64,000 nucleotides of DNA, taken from NCBI GenBank assembly GCA_963847445.1, contig CAWJZV010000009.1, positions 64,001 through 128,000 of the forward strand. Reading direction: 5' to 3'. Below are positions 40,628-51,690 of this stretch, in pieces. The position numbers and the translations under genes are program-made. The notes below the pieces were generated by a model. It made no database searches. It was not told the DNA's origin and worked only from the letters and a program-made list of their open reading frames with translations. This DNA is from an uncultured delta proteobacterium. GTDB lineage: Bacteria; Desulfobacterota; Binatia; UBA9968. Each line of letters opens with the position of its first letter. Position 1 is the first letter of the stretch.

Positions 40628-40802
40628 AAATCGATCCCGACAAATGCGTTGGTTGCGGCAATTGCCTGCTGGTCTGTCCGATGGGCGCGATCTACATCGA
40701 TCCGGCGCATAACCGCGCGCGCATCAACGCGGACGAATGCGTGAAATGCTCACCTACGTCCCGTGGATCAGCCTGGCACTGGTCAATCTGGTAAACTGGT
40801 AA
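40624..40802 (+). pseudogene. 4Fe-4S ferredoxin-domain remnant joined to a TRAP DctM-like C-terminal remnant
   Basis: IKIDPDKCVGCGNCLLVCPMGAI...DECVKC breaks off, followed in another frame by LTYVPWISLALVNLVNW*. Confidence 0.65.
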
Positions 40803-40887
40803 CGGCATTGACTGGATCGGGTGGGCCGGATCGACGTCGAGATGTGAAATTTGCCATCTGACATCCATTCCAGCGTGATAGCGAGGA

Positions 40888-42227
40888 TCAAGCCTCGCGG
40901 CCTTCGTCGACAGCCACCTCGCCGTGCGCAGAAGCCGCGCATCACCGCCGCGCGGCCCGACCAGTTGCACGCCGATGGGCAGGCCGTCGGCGCTCTGCAA
41001 TAAAGGTAACGTGATACAGGGCATGCCGCACAGCGTCCACAAGGTGCAAAACGATGGATCGCCGGTGGACGCAAGCCCCCTCGGCGCGGCGCTCGGCGCC
41101 GCCGGCGTCAGGATCGCGTCGTAGCGTTGCTCGAAAAGCTCGACGAAACTGTCGTGCATCGGCGCGATCTGTTTGAGCGCCCGTTGGTAATCCACCGCGC
41201 GCACTTCACGGCCGCGCTCGATCTGCGCGCGCAGTTGCTCGGATAGCAGCGCCCGGCTGTTTTGCCATTCTCGTTCGAAGTTATGGGCAACCTCGGCGCC
41301 CATGATCGTCTGGTGCCATTGCCATCCCTCATGGGCCGACGGGAACAGTTCTACTTCTTCCGCTTGCGCGCCCAACTGCTCGACGATCTCGGCGAACCCT
41401 TCTTTGGTTTCATCATCGCTCCGTTGCCACATCGGCGTCTTGATAAAAGCGAACATCGGCGCCAGCGGCGGCTCTTCGGCGGAAATAGTGGTGAACGAAA
41501 TCCGCGCCCGCGGCTGGGTGTCGGGATCGTTTTCATCGTAGGCGACCAACTGCTCGGCGAGGAGCGCGATGTCATCGATGGTCCGAGCGAACAAGCCGAC
41601 ATGGTCGAGAGTGCGCGAAAGCGGCGAAGCACGATGGCGCGAAATCAAACCATGAGTTGGCTTGAAACCGACGACGCCGCAGTAAGCCGCAGGCCGAATC
41701 GTCGACCCGGCGGTCTGACTGCCGATGGCGAGCGGCACCATGTGCGCCGCCACCGCCGCCGCCGAACCGCTCGACGAGCCGCCAGGCGTATGCTCTCGGT
41801 TATGCGGGTTGCGGGTTTTCCCAGGATTTAGAAAGGCAAACTCGGTCGTCACCGCTTTGCCGATGATCACCGCCCCAGCGCCACGCAGCAAAGCCACCGC
41901 GGTGGCATCGCGCGACGGCGTGCGCCCGGCGTGAATCGGCGAACCGTACTCCGTCGGCATGTCGGCCGTGTCGAAAATATCCTTGATGGCGATCGGAACG
42001 CCATGCAATGGCCCGGTCGGCTTGCCTGCAAGACGATATTGATCGAGAGCGCGCGCTTGCGTCAGCGCATACTCCGGATCGAGAAATGCCCACGCTTGAA
42101 TGTTGTCATCGACGGCATGTATATGCGTCAAACAGGCTTCGACCAGTTGCTCCGAACTGATCACGCCGTCGCGCATCAGCCGCGCCACGTCGCACGCCGA
42201 AAGCTGGTGTAAATCTGTTAGGTCCAT
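40888..42227 (-). CDS. Amidase signature family enzyme (true stop probably near 40888)
   Basis: GPLHGVPIAIKD, PGGSSSGSAAAVA, GSQTAGSTIRPAAYCG. Confidence 0.9.
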
Positions 42228-42250
42228 CGTAGTGGTCCTAATTGCCGTTC

Positions 42251-42278
42251 GTAGGGGCGATTGATGAATCGCCCCTAC
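42251..42278. repeat. GTAG-type REP palindrome
   Basis: GTAGGGGCGATT-GATG-AATCGCCCCTAC, perfect 12-bp stem. Confidence 0.75.
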
Positions 42279-42290
42279 CTTGTAATGCGA

Positions 42291-44373
42291 TTAATTCCCA
42301 TACAGAAACTCCGGCAGCCACAAGGTCATGCCCGGCCAGGCGTACATGCAAATGAGACAGAGAACGACGATCAGCATATACGGCATCATGCCGGCGAAGA
42401 TTTGGTTGAGCGTGACATGCTTGGGCGCGACGCCCTTGAGATAAAACGCCGACATCGCCACTGGCGGCGATAGGAACGCCGCCTGCAGATTGACCGCGAC
42501 CATGGTGCCGAACAAAATCGGATCGACGTTGAAATGGCCGAGCAGCGGAACAAAGATCGGACAAAAAATCACGATGATCTCGGTCCACTCCAGCGGCCAG
42601 CCAAGCAGAAAAATAATCATCTGCGAAACAAACAGAAACCCGAGCGGCGATAGATTCATGCCGAGAACCCAGCGCTCGATCAAACCTTGGCCGCCGTGCA
42701 GCGCGAACACGGCGGAGAAAAGCGCCGAGCCGATGAACAGCCAGCACACCATCGCCGTAGTCTTGGCGGTGAGAAAAGTCGCTTCTTGAAGATTCCGCCT
42801 GAGCTCCGGCGATTTCGGCACCGTTTGAAGCAAAGGTATCGCCGTGCCCAAAAACGTCGCGCCGAGCGATCCCGAAACGATCAAGGTAGCGATGTCGCCG
42901 CGTTGGAGGCCGAGCGCGACACCGGCAATACGCTCCAGCAAGACTCCACCAACCACAGATTCTGGGAAATTTCACCATGACCGCTAGATAGAGCGCGCCG
43001 AGCGCGCCGATCGCCGCGGACTCGGTCGCGGTGCAAATACCCAAGAGAATCACCGCCAGCACGACGGTCGTAAGCACGCCGAGCGGCACGACGGAGATCG
43101 TCAGTTCCTTTAAAATCTCGAACTGCTCGCCATCCATGCGCCGATAGTAATAGATCAGCAGGAGCGTCGAGAACGCTGCCAGACCCCAGAACCAAGTGTA
43201 AAACTGTGCCGGAACTTTCTTCGCCGAGGCGGCGGTTGGCTCAGTGAGCGAAGTTAATTCGCGCGGTGGCGCGTCCACTGGCTGCGTCGGTTCCGAAGAC
43301 TCGACCGCAGTTTCCGCCGAGCCCAGCTCCTTGGGCTTTGCCTCGAAGCTGCCACGGTCTGAGGTTTGCTCCGCCGCGGCGCTAAGCTCGACCGGTTGGT
43401 CTGGCTGCGCCGGTGCCGTCTCGGAGTCGGCGGGTGTGGCCGGCAGAGTCGCGGCCGTCGTTGCCGCCGCTGGAGCATTGTGAATCACCACGTACCACCA
43501 GGCGCCGGCGTAGGTTCCAACGGTTAGGGCCAACGGCACCATCAGCACGAGAAAATTGTTGACGATAAAACCATAGCCCAAGCGTTTCCCATCGGGAACC
43601 GTTGCGCCTTGGAGTTTTCCAGGCTGAAACAGGAATCCAATCAGACCGCCGAACACTCGCCTCCCTGAACCATGTTCGATCCGTTGAAGCCAGTCGGAAA
43701 GCTTAACCCGGTACTGATCCGGCGGCAGTTTGGGCGCGATCTTCGGATTGATCATCGCCCAACCGAGAATGTAAATAAGATAGAGAAAGGTCAGAAAGAA
43801 ACCCGGTAACATTGCGGCAGCGTAAAGCTTAACGATCGATTGGCCTGCGACGGCGGCATAGACGATCAGCATGACCGACGGCGGAATGAGAATGCCGAGC
43901 GTGCCACCCGCGGTGATCGCGCCAGCAGCCAGCCGCACGTCGTAGCCGGCGTTGAGCATGGGGCGTAGCGCGATGACGCCCATCAAGACGACGACCGCGC
44001 CGACGATGCCGGAGGCGATGCCCCAGAAGGCGCAGACGAGCAGCGTCGTAACGGCGAGCGATGCCGGCACGCGGCGAAACGCCAGTTGCACGCTGTGAAA
44101 CATCCGGTCGACCAGCGCCGCGCGCTCCATGATGTAGCCCATGAAAACGAACAACGGCACCGACAAGAGCGTGTCATTAGTCATGACACCGTAGGTACGT
44201 TGGACCATCAGGTCAAATATTCGGTTCTGCCACCAGTGTTGGCTCGGGTCCCAGAAGGCCAGGGCGCCAAAAATCATCCCAAGGCCCATGAGTGTGAACG
44301 CGGTAGGGAAGCCCATCATGATCGCGACGACGATGAGGCCGAGCATGGTCAAGCCGAGGATCGGATCGCTCAT
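42291..44373 (-). CDS. dctM: TRAP transporter large permease DctM with a long insertion (frameshift near 42950)
   Basis: VPLFVFMG, GGTLGILIPPS, TATESAAIGA, FLSPP, WLP. Confidence 0.9.
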
Positions 44374-45050
44374 GGCTTTTTCTCGTCCTCTTCCATGTCC
44401 ATGGAGCTGCGATGACGCGCCGCGTCGTCGATGGCATGAGCCGACTTCATGGTCGCCAGACGTGACTCTTCGTCGATGAATTCGCTATGCGAAAGTTGGC
44501 TCTCGATAACGTCGATCTCTTCCACATCGTCCAAACGCGCTGGCCAAGCGCCCGTGCGAATGCAAAGGATGCAGCGGATGATTTCACCGAGGCCCTGAAG
44601 CATGACAAATGTGCCCGCGATCGGAATGACTGTTTTGAAGTAGTAGATCGGCGGACCCTCCGCCGTCACATTCGAGTGCTCTGCTATGCGCCAGGAGTCG
44701 GCGGCGTAACCGTAGCCCGCGTAGACGAGCCCGAGGATGCCCGGCATAAAAAATAGAAAATACAACGCGAGGTCGAGCGACGCCTGGGTGCGCGGTTTGA
44801 GGTAGAGGTAGACAAAGTCAGCGCGCACATGGCCGGCGAGCGCCAAGGTGTAAGCGCCACACATCATGAAAAGCGTGCCGTAGAGCATGTTGTTCAGATC
44901 GAAGATCCACGCCGTCGGCGCGTTCAAGATGTAGCGCTTGAACACCTCGATGGACACCACCAGCGTCAACCCCAGGATCAGCCAGGCGAATGCTTTGCCG
45001 GTCCAGTAACTGATCTGGTCGATGATGCGGAGCAGCGGCCGAGCGTCCAT
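44370..45050 (-). CDS. dctQ: TRAP transporter small permease DctQ
   Basis: EVFKRYILNAPTAW, GAYTL..GHVRAD, LQGLGE. Confidence 0.9.
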   Translation of the reverse strand: MDARPLLRIIDQISYWTGKAFAWLILGLTLVVSIEVFKRYILNAPTAWIFDLNNMLYGTLFMMCGAYTLALAGHVRADFVYLYLKPRTQASLDLALYFLFFMPGILGLVYAGYGYAADSWRIAEHSNVTAEGPPIYYFKTVIPIAGTFVMLQGLGEIIRCILCIRTGAWPARLDDVEEIDVIESQLSHSEFIDEESRLATMKSAHAIDDAARHRSSMDMEEDEKKP

Positions 45051-45060
45051 GATTTTTCTC

Positions 45061-45100
45061 GAAAAAAAGCCAGTCATCCGGTCACTGCCGAATGACTGGC
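45061..45100 (-). terminator. Hairpin + U-tract between dctP and dctQ (terminator or mRNA stabiliser)
   Basis: GCCAGTCATTCGG-loop-CCGGATGACTGGC-TTTTTTT on the minus strand. Confidence 0.75.
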
Positions 45101-45125
45101 GTGTTGCGCCAATCGCTTCAGGGAC

Positions 45126-46289
45126 TTAGCCCTTCTTAACCACTGGTTTAGCGGCAGGCTTGGCAAAATAGTGGTTGTAGGCCATGCGGCGGGCTACGTT
45201 CGTGTCGAGGTCCCACTTTACCGCTCGTGCGGCAAAGGCGCGCTGCGATTCAGCGACTTCTTTGAACGTGGGGTTCTCGGCCGATTTTTTTGCCTCCACC
45301 TGGTCGAAGACCTCGAGCTGTTTCTGCAGGATGGAGTCTGGGGTCCTATAAAATCTAACCTTGTCTTTAGTTTGCAGCTCGACGTAGTCTTTCGAGTACC
45401 GGTCGATTGCCTTCCATGACATGTCGGCAGACGCCGCATCCGAGGCGTATGCGATGATCGCCTTCATCTTGTCCGGCAGCCCGTCGAACTTGGTCTTATT
45501 GAACAGAACCTCGAACTGCTCTGCGTTCTGGTGGTAACTCTGCAGCATGCAGACCTTCGAGACATCTTGGAAGCCGAGGGCGCGGTCGGAGGACGCGTTG
45601 TTGAACTCCGCGGCCTCGATCAGGCCACGGTCCAACGCCGGCACGATCTCGCCGCCGGGTAGCGCGTTCACCGATGCACCCATGCCTTGGAACAGATCAA
45701 TTGAGATACCCACAGTGCGGAACTTCATACCCTTGAAGTCGTCGGGCTTGGTAACCACTTTTTTGTACCAGCCGAGCGGCTGCGTCGGCATCGGGCCGTA
45801 CGGGAAGGAAACAACATTGGCGCCGAGCGCGTTGTAAATCTTGACGAGCAGCTCCTTGCCGCCGCCGTACTTGTGCCAGGAGAGGATCATGTTGGCATCC
45901 ATGCCATAAGCCGGACTCGACCCCCACAGCGCAAGTGCTGTCTGTTTGCCGTAGTGGTAGCTGAGAACCCCGTGGCCGCCGTCTAGCGTGCCCTTCGACA
46001 CGGCATCGAGCAGTTGAAAAGCCGGCACCACCGCGCCGGCGGGTAGTACTTCGATCTTGAGATCGCCGCCGGTCATGTCGACGACCTTCTTGGCGAAGTC
46101 GAGCGCGAACTCGTGGAAGATGTCTTTAGATGGCCAAGTGCTCTGAAAGCGCATCGAGGTAACACCCTGCGATTTGACGATGTTGGGAAACCCCAACACC
46201 GCGGCGCCACCGGCGGCGATTGCGGCCTTCATAACATTGCGCCGCGACACCTTCGTGGATTCCGGCTTCTCAGCGTTCTCTTGAGTCAT
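45126..46289 (-). CDS. dctP: TRAP substrate-binding protein DctP (TakP-like), Tat signal
   Basis: SRRNVMK twin-arginine, QSTWP, LPAGAVV, GMKFR, LPGGEI, AAEF. Confidence 0.9.
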   Translation of the reverse strand: MTQENAEKPESTKVSRRNVMKAAIAAGGAAVLGFPNIVKSQGVTSMRFQSTWPSKDIFHEFALDFAKKVVDMTGGDLKIEVLPAGAVVPAFQLLDAVSKGTLDGGHGVLSYHYGKQTALALWGSSPAYGMDANMILSWHKYGGGKELLVKIYNALGANVVSFPYGPMPTQPLGWYKKVVTKPDDFKGMKFRTVGISIDLFQGMGASVNALPGGEIVPALDRGLIEAAEFNNASSDRALGFQDVSKVCMLQSYHQNAEQFEVLFNKTKFDGLPDKMKAIIAYASDAASADMSWKAIDRYSKDYVELQTKDKVRFYRTPDSILQKQLEVFDQVEAKKSAENPTFKEVAESQRAFAARAVKWDLDTNVARRMAYNHYFAKPAAKPVVKKG

Positions 46290-46423
46290 GTGATTCCCTC
46301 CCTCGGGATTTGTGACGGATTAGCTTTCCGCTTATATACACTTCATCAATTGGCGTCAATGTCACTACCGTTCTTCGCCCGGCAGGTTGACACATACTTC
46401 TCCACTCCGCTACGCTCCTGGCC

Positions 46424-47860
46424 GTGACCCATGAGCATCTAATCGGCGAACTGCGCGCCATCGTCGGCCCACCCTACGTCTTAATCGACAGAGAAGACGT
46501 GATCGTCTACGAACAGGACGGGTCGATCTTCCAGGTCATGCCGGAGATCGTCGTCCTACCGGCCAACGTCGAAGAAGTTTCAGCGGTGGTTAAAGCGGCG
46601 CAGCGCGCCAATGTGCCGATCGTGCCGCGCGGCTCGGGCACTGGACTAGCCGGCGGCGCGGTGCCGGCCGAGGGCGGCATCATCCTATCGCTCACGCGTT
46701 TCGATCGTATCCTGAAGATCGATCTGGAGAATCGTCTCGCCTTGGTCGAACCCGGCGTCATCAACCTCGATGTCACCAAAGCGGTCGCCAAGGACGGGTT
46801 TTTCTACGCCCCCGACCCAAGCAGCCAGGCCGCTTGTTCCATCGGCGGCAACGTGGCGAACAACTCCGGCGGGCCGCACACACTGGCCTACGGCGTCACC
46901 ACCAATCATGTGCTGGGCGTCGAAGTCGTCCTCGACAATGGTGAAATCGTCTGGCTGGGCGGCGAAGTTGCCGACACGCCGGGCTACGACCTCTGCGGTG
47001 TTTTCGTCGGCTCCGAAGGCACCATGGGCATTGTCACGAAAATCGCCGTCAAGCTCATGCCGGGTCGCGAGTCTGTGCGCACCTTGCTCGCGATCTTCGA
47101 CGACATGGACCACGCCACCAAAACCGTCGTCGATATTACCTCCGAAGGAATTATTCCGGCGGCGCTGGAAATCATGGACCACACCGCCATCGAAGCGGTC
47201 GAGCGCGGCGCGCCGGTGGGTTTTCCGCGCGACGCCGCGGCGGTGTTGATCGTCGAAGTCGAAGGACTGAGCGAACATACCGAACTGTCGATACATCTCG
47301 CCAGCGAGGTTTGCCAACACAATGGCGCCCGCGAGGTGCGCGTTGCCAAGGATGAAGCTCAACGGCAGCTGTTATGGAAAGGCCGCAAAGGCGCCTTCGG
47401 CGCCATGGGCACATTGGCGCCCAATTATTACGTCCAAGACGGCGTCGTGCCGCGCAGCCAGTTACCCGAGATGATGCGCCGCGTCGCCGCCATCGGCAAA
47501 GAATTTAACTTAACCATCGCCAACGTGTTTCACGCCGGCGACGGCAATCTGCACCCGAATATTTTGTTCGACATGCGCAAACCCGGCGAGTTGGAGCGCG
47601 TCATCGAAGCCGGCGCCGCGACCCTGCGCGCCTGCGTCGAGCTGGGCGGCAGCATCACCGGCGAACATGGCGTCGGCATGGAAAAAAAGGCCTACATCGG
47701 CCTGCTGTTCAACGACGCCGATCTCGCCGCCATGACCTGCGTGCGTCACGCTTTCGACCCCGACGGCCGTTTCAATCCGGCGAAATTGTTTCCGACCCCG
47801 GCCGGTTGCGGCGAAGTGCGATTAGAACCGGCAAAGATTCCGGCGGGGTTGTGGATATGA
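46424..47860 (+). CDS. glcD: Glycolate oxidase subunit GlcD
   Basis: PRGSGTGLAGG, APDPSSQ, GSEGTMG, HAGDGNLHP, GEHGVG. Confidence 0.9.
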   Translation: MTHEHLIGELRAIVGPPYVLIDREDVIVYEQDGSIFQVMPEIVVLPANVEEVSAVVKAAQRANVPIVPRGSGTGLAGGAVPAEGGIILSLTRFDRILKIDLENRLALVEPGVINLDVTKAVAKDGFFYAPDPSSQAACSIGGNVANNSGGPHTLAYGVTTNHVLGVEVVLDNGEIVWLGGEVADTPGYDLCGVFVGSEGTMGIVTKIAVKLMPGRESVRTLLAIFDDMDHATKTVVDITSEGIIPAALEIMDHTAIEAVERGAPVGFPRDAAAVLIVEVEGLSEHTELSIHLASEVCQHNGAREVRVAKDEAQRQLLWKGRKGAFGAMGTLAPNYYVQDGVVPRSQLPEMMRRVAAIGKEFNLTIANVFHAGDGNLHPNILFDMRKPGELERVIEAGAATLRACVELGGSITGEHGVGMEKKAYIGLLFNDADLAAMTCVRHAFDPDGRFNPAKLFPTPAGCGEVRLEPAKIPAGLWI

Positions 47861-47868
47861 CTGAATAC

Positions 47869-47946
47869 GTTTCGGGTTTTGGGTTAGCTGTTTCGGGTTA
47901 ACTCAGAACTCTACCTCTCCGACACGAAACTCGAAACGCGAAACTA
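47869..47946. repeat. Heptamer-repeat hairpin (TTTCGGG / CGAAACT)
   Basis: GTTTCGGGTTTTGGGTT...TCCGACACGAAACTCGAAACGCGAAACT. Confidence 0.6.
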
Positions 47947-47959
47947 TTAAAGGTCGCAC

Positions 47960-49264
47960 TTGGAACATACCCATCACACCCCTGATACCGGGAATGAACC
48001 GCGAATCGCCACTCTCGACCTTGCCGAACTCTACCAATGCGTTCACTGCGGCCTGTGTTTGAACCAGTGTCCAACCTACCGCGTCACTCGTCTCGAGGCG
48101 GAATCGCCGCGCGGCAGAATCCATCTGGTCAAAGCTGCCGCCGACGGGCGCATCGAGTTGAACGATCGCTTCAAAGAGCATCTGCAACTTTGTTTGCTCT
48201 GCCGCGCCTGCGAGTCCGCTTGTCCCTCCGGCGTGCAATATGGCCGCATCGCCGAAACCGCCCGCGAACATATCGGCCCGCCGGGGTCGCCGGCGGCCAA
48301 AGCGCTATTGAACTTCGTTTTTACGCAGATACTGCCCCACGCCGCAAGGTTAAGACTGGCTTTCACGCTTTTGCGCCTGTACCAGCGCACCGGCCTGCAG
48401 AAATTGCTACGGCTGTTCATGCCGGCAAAGCTGCGCGCTATGGATGCCATGCTGCCGGCGATCCCGTCCAAGTTTTTTCAGCCGGCGGCAAACATTCTGT
48501 CCGCCATCGGTCCGCGCCGCGCCCGCGTCGCCATGCTCAACGGCTGCGTCATGCCGCTGCTATTCGGCGACGTTAACGACGCCACTGTGCGGGTGCTGCG
48601 GCGCAGCGGCTGCGATGTAATATTTCCCGATCAACAAGTCTGCTGCGGCGCCTTGAACATTCACAACGGCGAACAAGCGGCGGCTAGGCAGATGGCTCGG
48701 CGTAATATCGACGCGTTTCTCGACGCCGGTGTCGATGCCATTGTCGTCAACGCCGCGGGCTGCGGCGCGGCGATGAAGGAGTATGACTTTCTGTTGCGTG
48801 ACGATCCTGACTATGCGGAAAAGGCCAAGCGCTTCACCGCCCTGGTCAAAGACGCCGGCGAGTTTCTCGCCGGGCTCGGGCTGGTCGGCGCATTGCAGCC
48901 GATAAACCTGACCGTCACCTACCAAGACCCTTGCCACCTCGCCCATGGCCAAAAGATTCGCCGCCAACCGCGAGAGTTACTGCAAGCGATCCCCGGACTG
49001 AAATTAGTTGAAATGGACGGCAGCGACCGCTGCTGTGGCAGTGCCGGCATTTATAACCTCACCCACGCCAGCATGTCGCAACAGCTTCTCAAGGAAAAAA
49101 TGCAGGCCGTCGGCGCGGCCAATGCCGACGCGGTAGTCGCGCCCAATCCCGGCTGCATGCTCCAACTGCGCTACGGCGGGCAAAACTACGGACCGAATCT
49201 ACCGGTGTATCATTTGATGGATCTGCTCGACCGCGCCTACGGCGAGGCGCCGGTAAAGCCATGA
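47960..49264 (+). CDS. glcF: Glycolate oxidase iron-sulfur subunit GlcF
   Basis: CVHCGLCLNQCP, CLLCRACESACP, two CCG domains. Confidence 0.9.
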   Translation: MEHTHHTPDTGNEPRIATLDLAELYQCVHCGLCLNQCPTYRVTRLEAESPRGRIHLVKAAADGRIELNDRFKEHLQLCLLCRACESACPSGVQYGRIAETAREHIGPPGSPAAKALLNFVFTQILPHAARLRLAFTLLRLYQRTGLQKLLRLFMPAKLRAMDAMLPAIPSKFFQPAANILSAIGPRRARVAMLNGCVMPLLFGDVNDATVRVLRRSGCDVIFPDQQVCCGALNIHNGEQAAARQMARRNIDAFLDAGVDAIVVNAAGCGAAMKEYDFLLRDDPDYAEKAKRFTALVKDAGEFLAGLGLVGALQPINLTVTYQDPCHLAHGQKIRRQPRELLQAIPGLKLVEMDGSDRCCGSAGIYNLTHASMSQQLLKEKMQAVGAANADAVVAPNPGCMLQLRYGGQNYGPNLPVYHLMDLLDRAYGEAPVKP

Positions 49265-50547
49265 AGATTTCCGTGGACCAGCTTGCCCAACGGCTGTCGG
49301 CGAGCCTCGGTGGCGACTCGATCACTGGCGGGAACACTCTGCTCGCAGAACACGAGGTCGACGGCTTCACACCGAAGTTGATCTGCGCGCCTGCCACCGC
49401 GGAACAGTTAGCCGCTGCTGTGAGGATTTTTTCAGAGGCCCAGGTGACCATCGCGCCCTGGGGTGGTGGCACGGCGATGAGTTTGGGCAATCCGCCGCGA
49501 TCCCTTGATGTGGTCACAAAAATCACTCGGCTCAATCAAGTCATCGAACATGATCCCGCCAATCTCACGGTAACTGTGCAAAGCGGCATTACGCTCAACG
49601 CGCTGCAAAACGTCATCGCTGCGACACAGCAGTTCGTCCCCTTCGATGCACCGTTACCAGAGCGCTCGACCATCGGCGGCATCGTCGCGGCAAATCTGAA
49701 CGGGCCGCGGCGCGCAAGTTACGGCAGCGTGCGCGACCTGGTCATCGGCATGAAAGTGGTCCTTGCGTCAGGCGAGATCGTCAAGGCCGGCGGCAAAGTC
49801 GTCAAAAACGTCGCCGGCTATGACATGTGCAAACTCTTCACCGGTTCCCTCGGCACTTTGGCAATCATCGCCGAAGTGACCTTGCGAGTGGCGCCGATCC
49901 CAGCGAATAGCGCGACCGTCATCGCCATCGGCTCACGAGCACAAGCAGCGGATCTAGCCGGTCAATTGGCCGGCACGAAATTGCTCCCGACCTCGACCTT
50001 TATATTCAACGCTGGTAAAACGGCGCATTGGCAACTGGCGGTTAGTTTCGCCGGCTTTGCCGAGACGGTTACGCGCCAAGTCAACGATCTGGGCGAGCTG
50101 GCGCAGCGACTTGGCATGACTCAAGAAATCGTCGACGGCGAAAGAACACGGCAATACTGGCAAGCGATTGCCGACCTACCAGTCAGCCAAGATCGCCTGG
50201 TCTATCGCATCACGGTCCCGCGCGGCGCGGTCATGCGAACGATCTCGACAATTGCCGACTGGATAAAAGGAGAACCGGCACAGACGTTCTGCGCCGATAT
50301 GGCAATGGGAACGGTCTGGATGGTTTTGCCGGCGAATCGATTGGCGCTTGATTTATTTCCGCGCCTGATCACGTTAACCCAACAGCAGCGTGGTCACGCC
50401 GTAATATTCACCGCGCCGGCAAAGTTGAAGCAAGCCACCGATGTCTGGGGTCCGGCAACACCCGCCCATGCGCTCATGGGGAAAATCAAGCATGAATTCG
50501 ATCCGGCGGGCCTGCTCAATCCCGGCCGCTTCGTCGGTAATCTGTGA
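49261..50547 (+). CDS. glcE: Glycolate oxidase FAD-binding subunit GlcE
   Basis: GGKVVKNVAGYDMCKLFTGSLGTL, FDPAGLLNPGR. Confidence 0.88.
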   Translation: MKISVDQLAQRLSASLGGDSITGGNTLLAEHEVDGFTPKLICAPATAEQLAAAVRIFSEAQVTIAPWGGGTAMSLGNPPRSLDVVTKITRLNQVIEHDPANLTVTVQSGITLNALQNVIAATQQFVPFDAPLPERSTIGGIVAANLNGPRRASYGSVRDLVIGMKVVLASGEIVKAGGKVVKNVAGYDMCKLFTGSLGTLAIIAEVTLRVAPIPANSATVIAIGSRAQAADLAGQLAGTKLLPTSTFIFNAGKTAHWQLAVSFAGFAETVTRQVNDLGELAQRLGMTQEIVDGERTRQYWQAIADLPVSQDRLVYRITVPRGAVMRTISTIADWIKGEPAQTFCADMAMGTVWMVLPANRLALDLFPRLITLTQQQRGHAVIFTAPAKLKQATDVWGPATPAHALMGKIKHEFDPAGLLNPGRFVGNL

Positions 50548-50565
50548 TAACGGAACTGTTCAATC

Positions 50566-50847
50566 TCACCACGAAGTGTCCATGAGCTTGCGCTCGCCTA
50601 CAGAGCATGAAAATGGTGGGCATTCCCAGAACATGCTCCCGTGCTCGATTCGTCATTCCCGCGCACGCGGGAATCCAGGTTTGTTCTGCGCCGAATTAGC
50701 CTGGATGCCCGCTTTCGCGGGTATGACGGAGCCCCGGAGGCTCTTCGTAGTGCATATCATCCCCTCACATGTATTTTCGAAGGAGATCACGAAGGTGTCG
50801 GATAATTATTACTCCGACCTTCCTGTCCTTCGTGTCCTTCGTGGTGA
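50566..50847. mobile_element. Nested non-autonomous repeat element (TCACCACGAAG...CTTCGTGGTGA) containing a GTCATTCCCGC REP pair
   Basis: Perfect 11-bp terminal inverted repeat. Inner CGTCATTCCCGCGCACGCGGGAATCCAG...CTGGATGCCCGCTTTCGCGGGTATGACG at 50651-50728. Confidence 0.7.
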
Positions 50848-50895
50848 ACAACATCTTTGCATCTACTTCAGAATTCCCGTTCCAACGCTCGCAAC

Positions 50896-51399
50896 TTAGA
50901 AAAACCGCACCACCCAAGCGCTTAACCAGTTGTCGACACCATAAGCTGCGCTGCCTTTGATGGCGAAGTAGACCGCCGCGATCAGAAACACCAAGTTGTC
51001 GCGCAGGCCGACTTCGTGGGCATGATAAGATTGTCGGTCGAAGGAACGAAAGTAGCCTTGGGCTTTTTCATCTTTGATCGCCGCCTGGACCACCGGCACC
51101 ATGGTCGGCAGGACTTTCAACCAATGCCAGTGAAGCCCGAAAGTCGGGATGAGGAATACGATAATCATCGCCGCGCAGATCGGGGTCTGAATTCCCGCCG
51201 CCAGTCCGAACCCGCCGACGACCATTAAAAAGGTCGCCATGAATCCGAAAAAAACCGCTCCGTTGGGAAAGAGAATGCTGGCCGTGGTCACCGGATTGGG
51301 CCAGCGAATCACATTGCTGATGCCGCTGATCAACATGCGCCAGCCCAAAATCGCCCGCAGCAGCGCCTCCGCGAGTAGAACCAGTGTTGGGTTTTCCAA
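50896..51399 (-). CDS. DoxX family membrane protein
   Basis: LLRAILG, FLIPTFGLHW, DNL, G.AAYGVD pattern. Promoter TTGACG-17-TATAGT upstream. Confidence 0.72.
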   Translation of the reverse strand: MENPTLVLLAEALLRAILGWRMLISGISNVIRWPNPVTTASILFPNGAVFFGFMATFLMVVGGFGLAAGIQTPICAAMIIVFLIPTFGLHWHWLKVLPTMVPVVQAAIKDEKAQGYFRSFDRQSYHAHEVGLRDNLVFLIAAVYFAIKGSAAYGVDNWLSAWVVRFF

Positions 51400-51638
51400 A
51401 GTGCACCGCCTCGTGAAACCAGGATAAGAAATTTCGCCGCACTATAGTCACCTTGGGCATTACCGTCAAATAGCGGGCACTAAAGGACCATAAACGGCCA
51501 GCCGTGCTCGCCGCCGGTCGATTATCCGAACGGCGCCACCAGTCACAAAGTTGTAGAACTGTTTGTCAAATGACTCAAAACGGTTTACTTCTACCAAGAA
51601 AGTTCTTTAATATGCGACCTGTCAAACGGTTGGCATGG

Positions 51639-51653
51639 TGGCATGTCGGTTGC
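51639..51653 (+). promoter_or_regulatory. Sigma-54 -24/-12 promoter
   Basis: TGGCAT-GTCGG-TTGC (GG-N10-GC), ending about 40 nt upstream of the ATG. Confidence 0.72.
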
Positions 51654-51690
51654 TCATATACAGGCTGGCGCTAACAAAAAGGAGGTGACG

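Noticed and set aside
40692-40887. C-terminal extension of the amidase
   Set aside because: The amidase fold ends at LLRTARWL, and a one-base shift gives a stop at 40888. The extension is antisense to the ferredoxin remnant.
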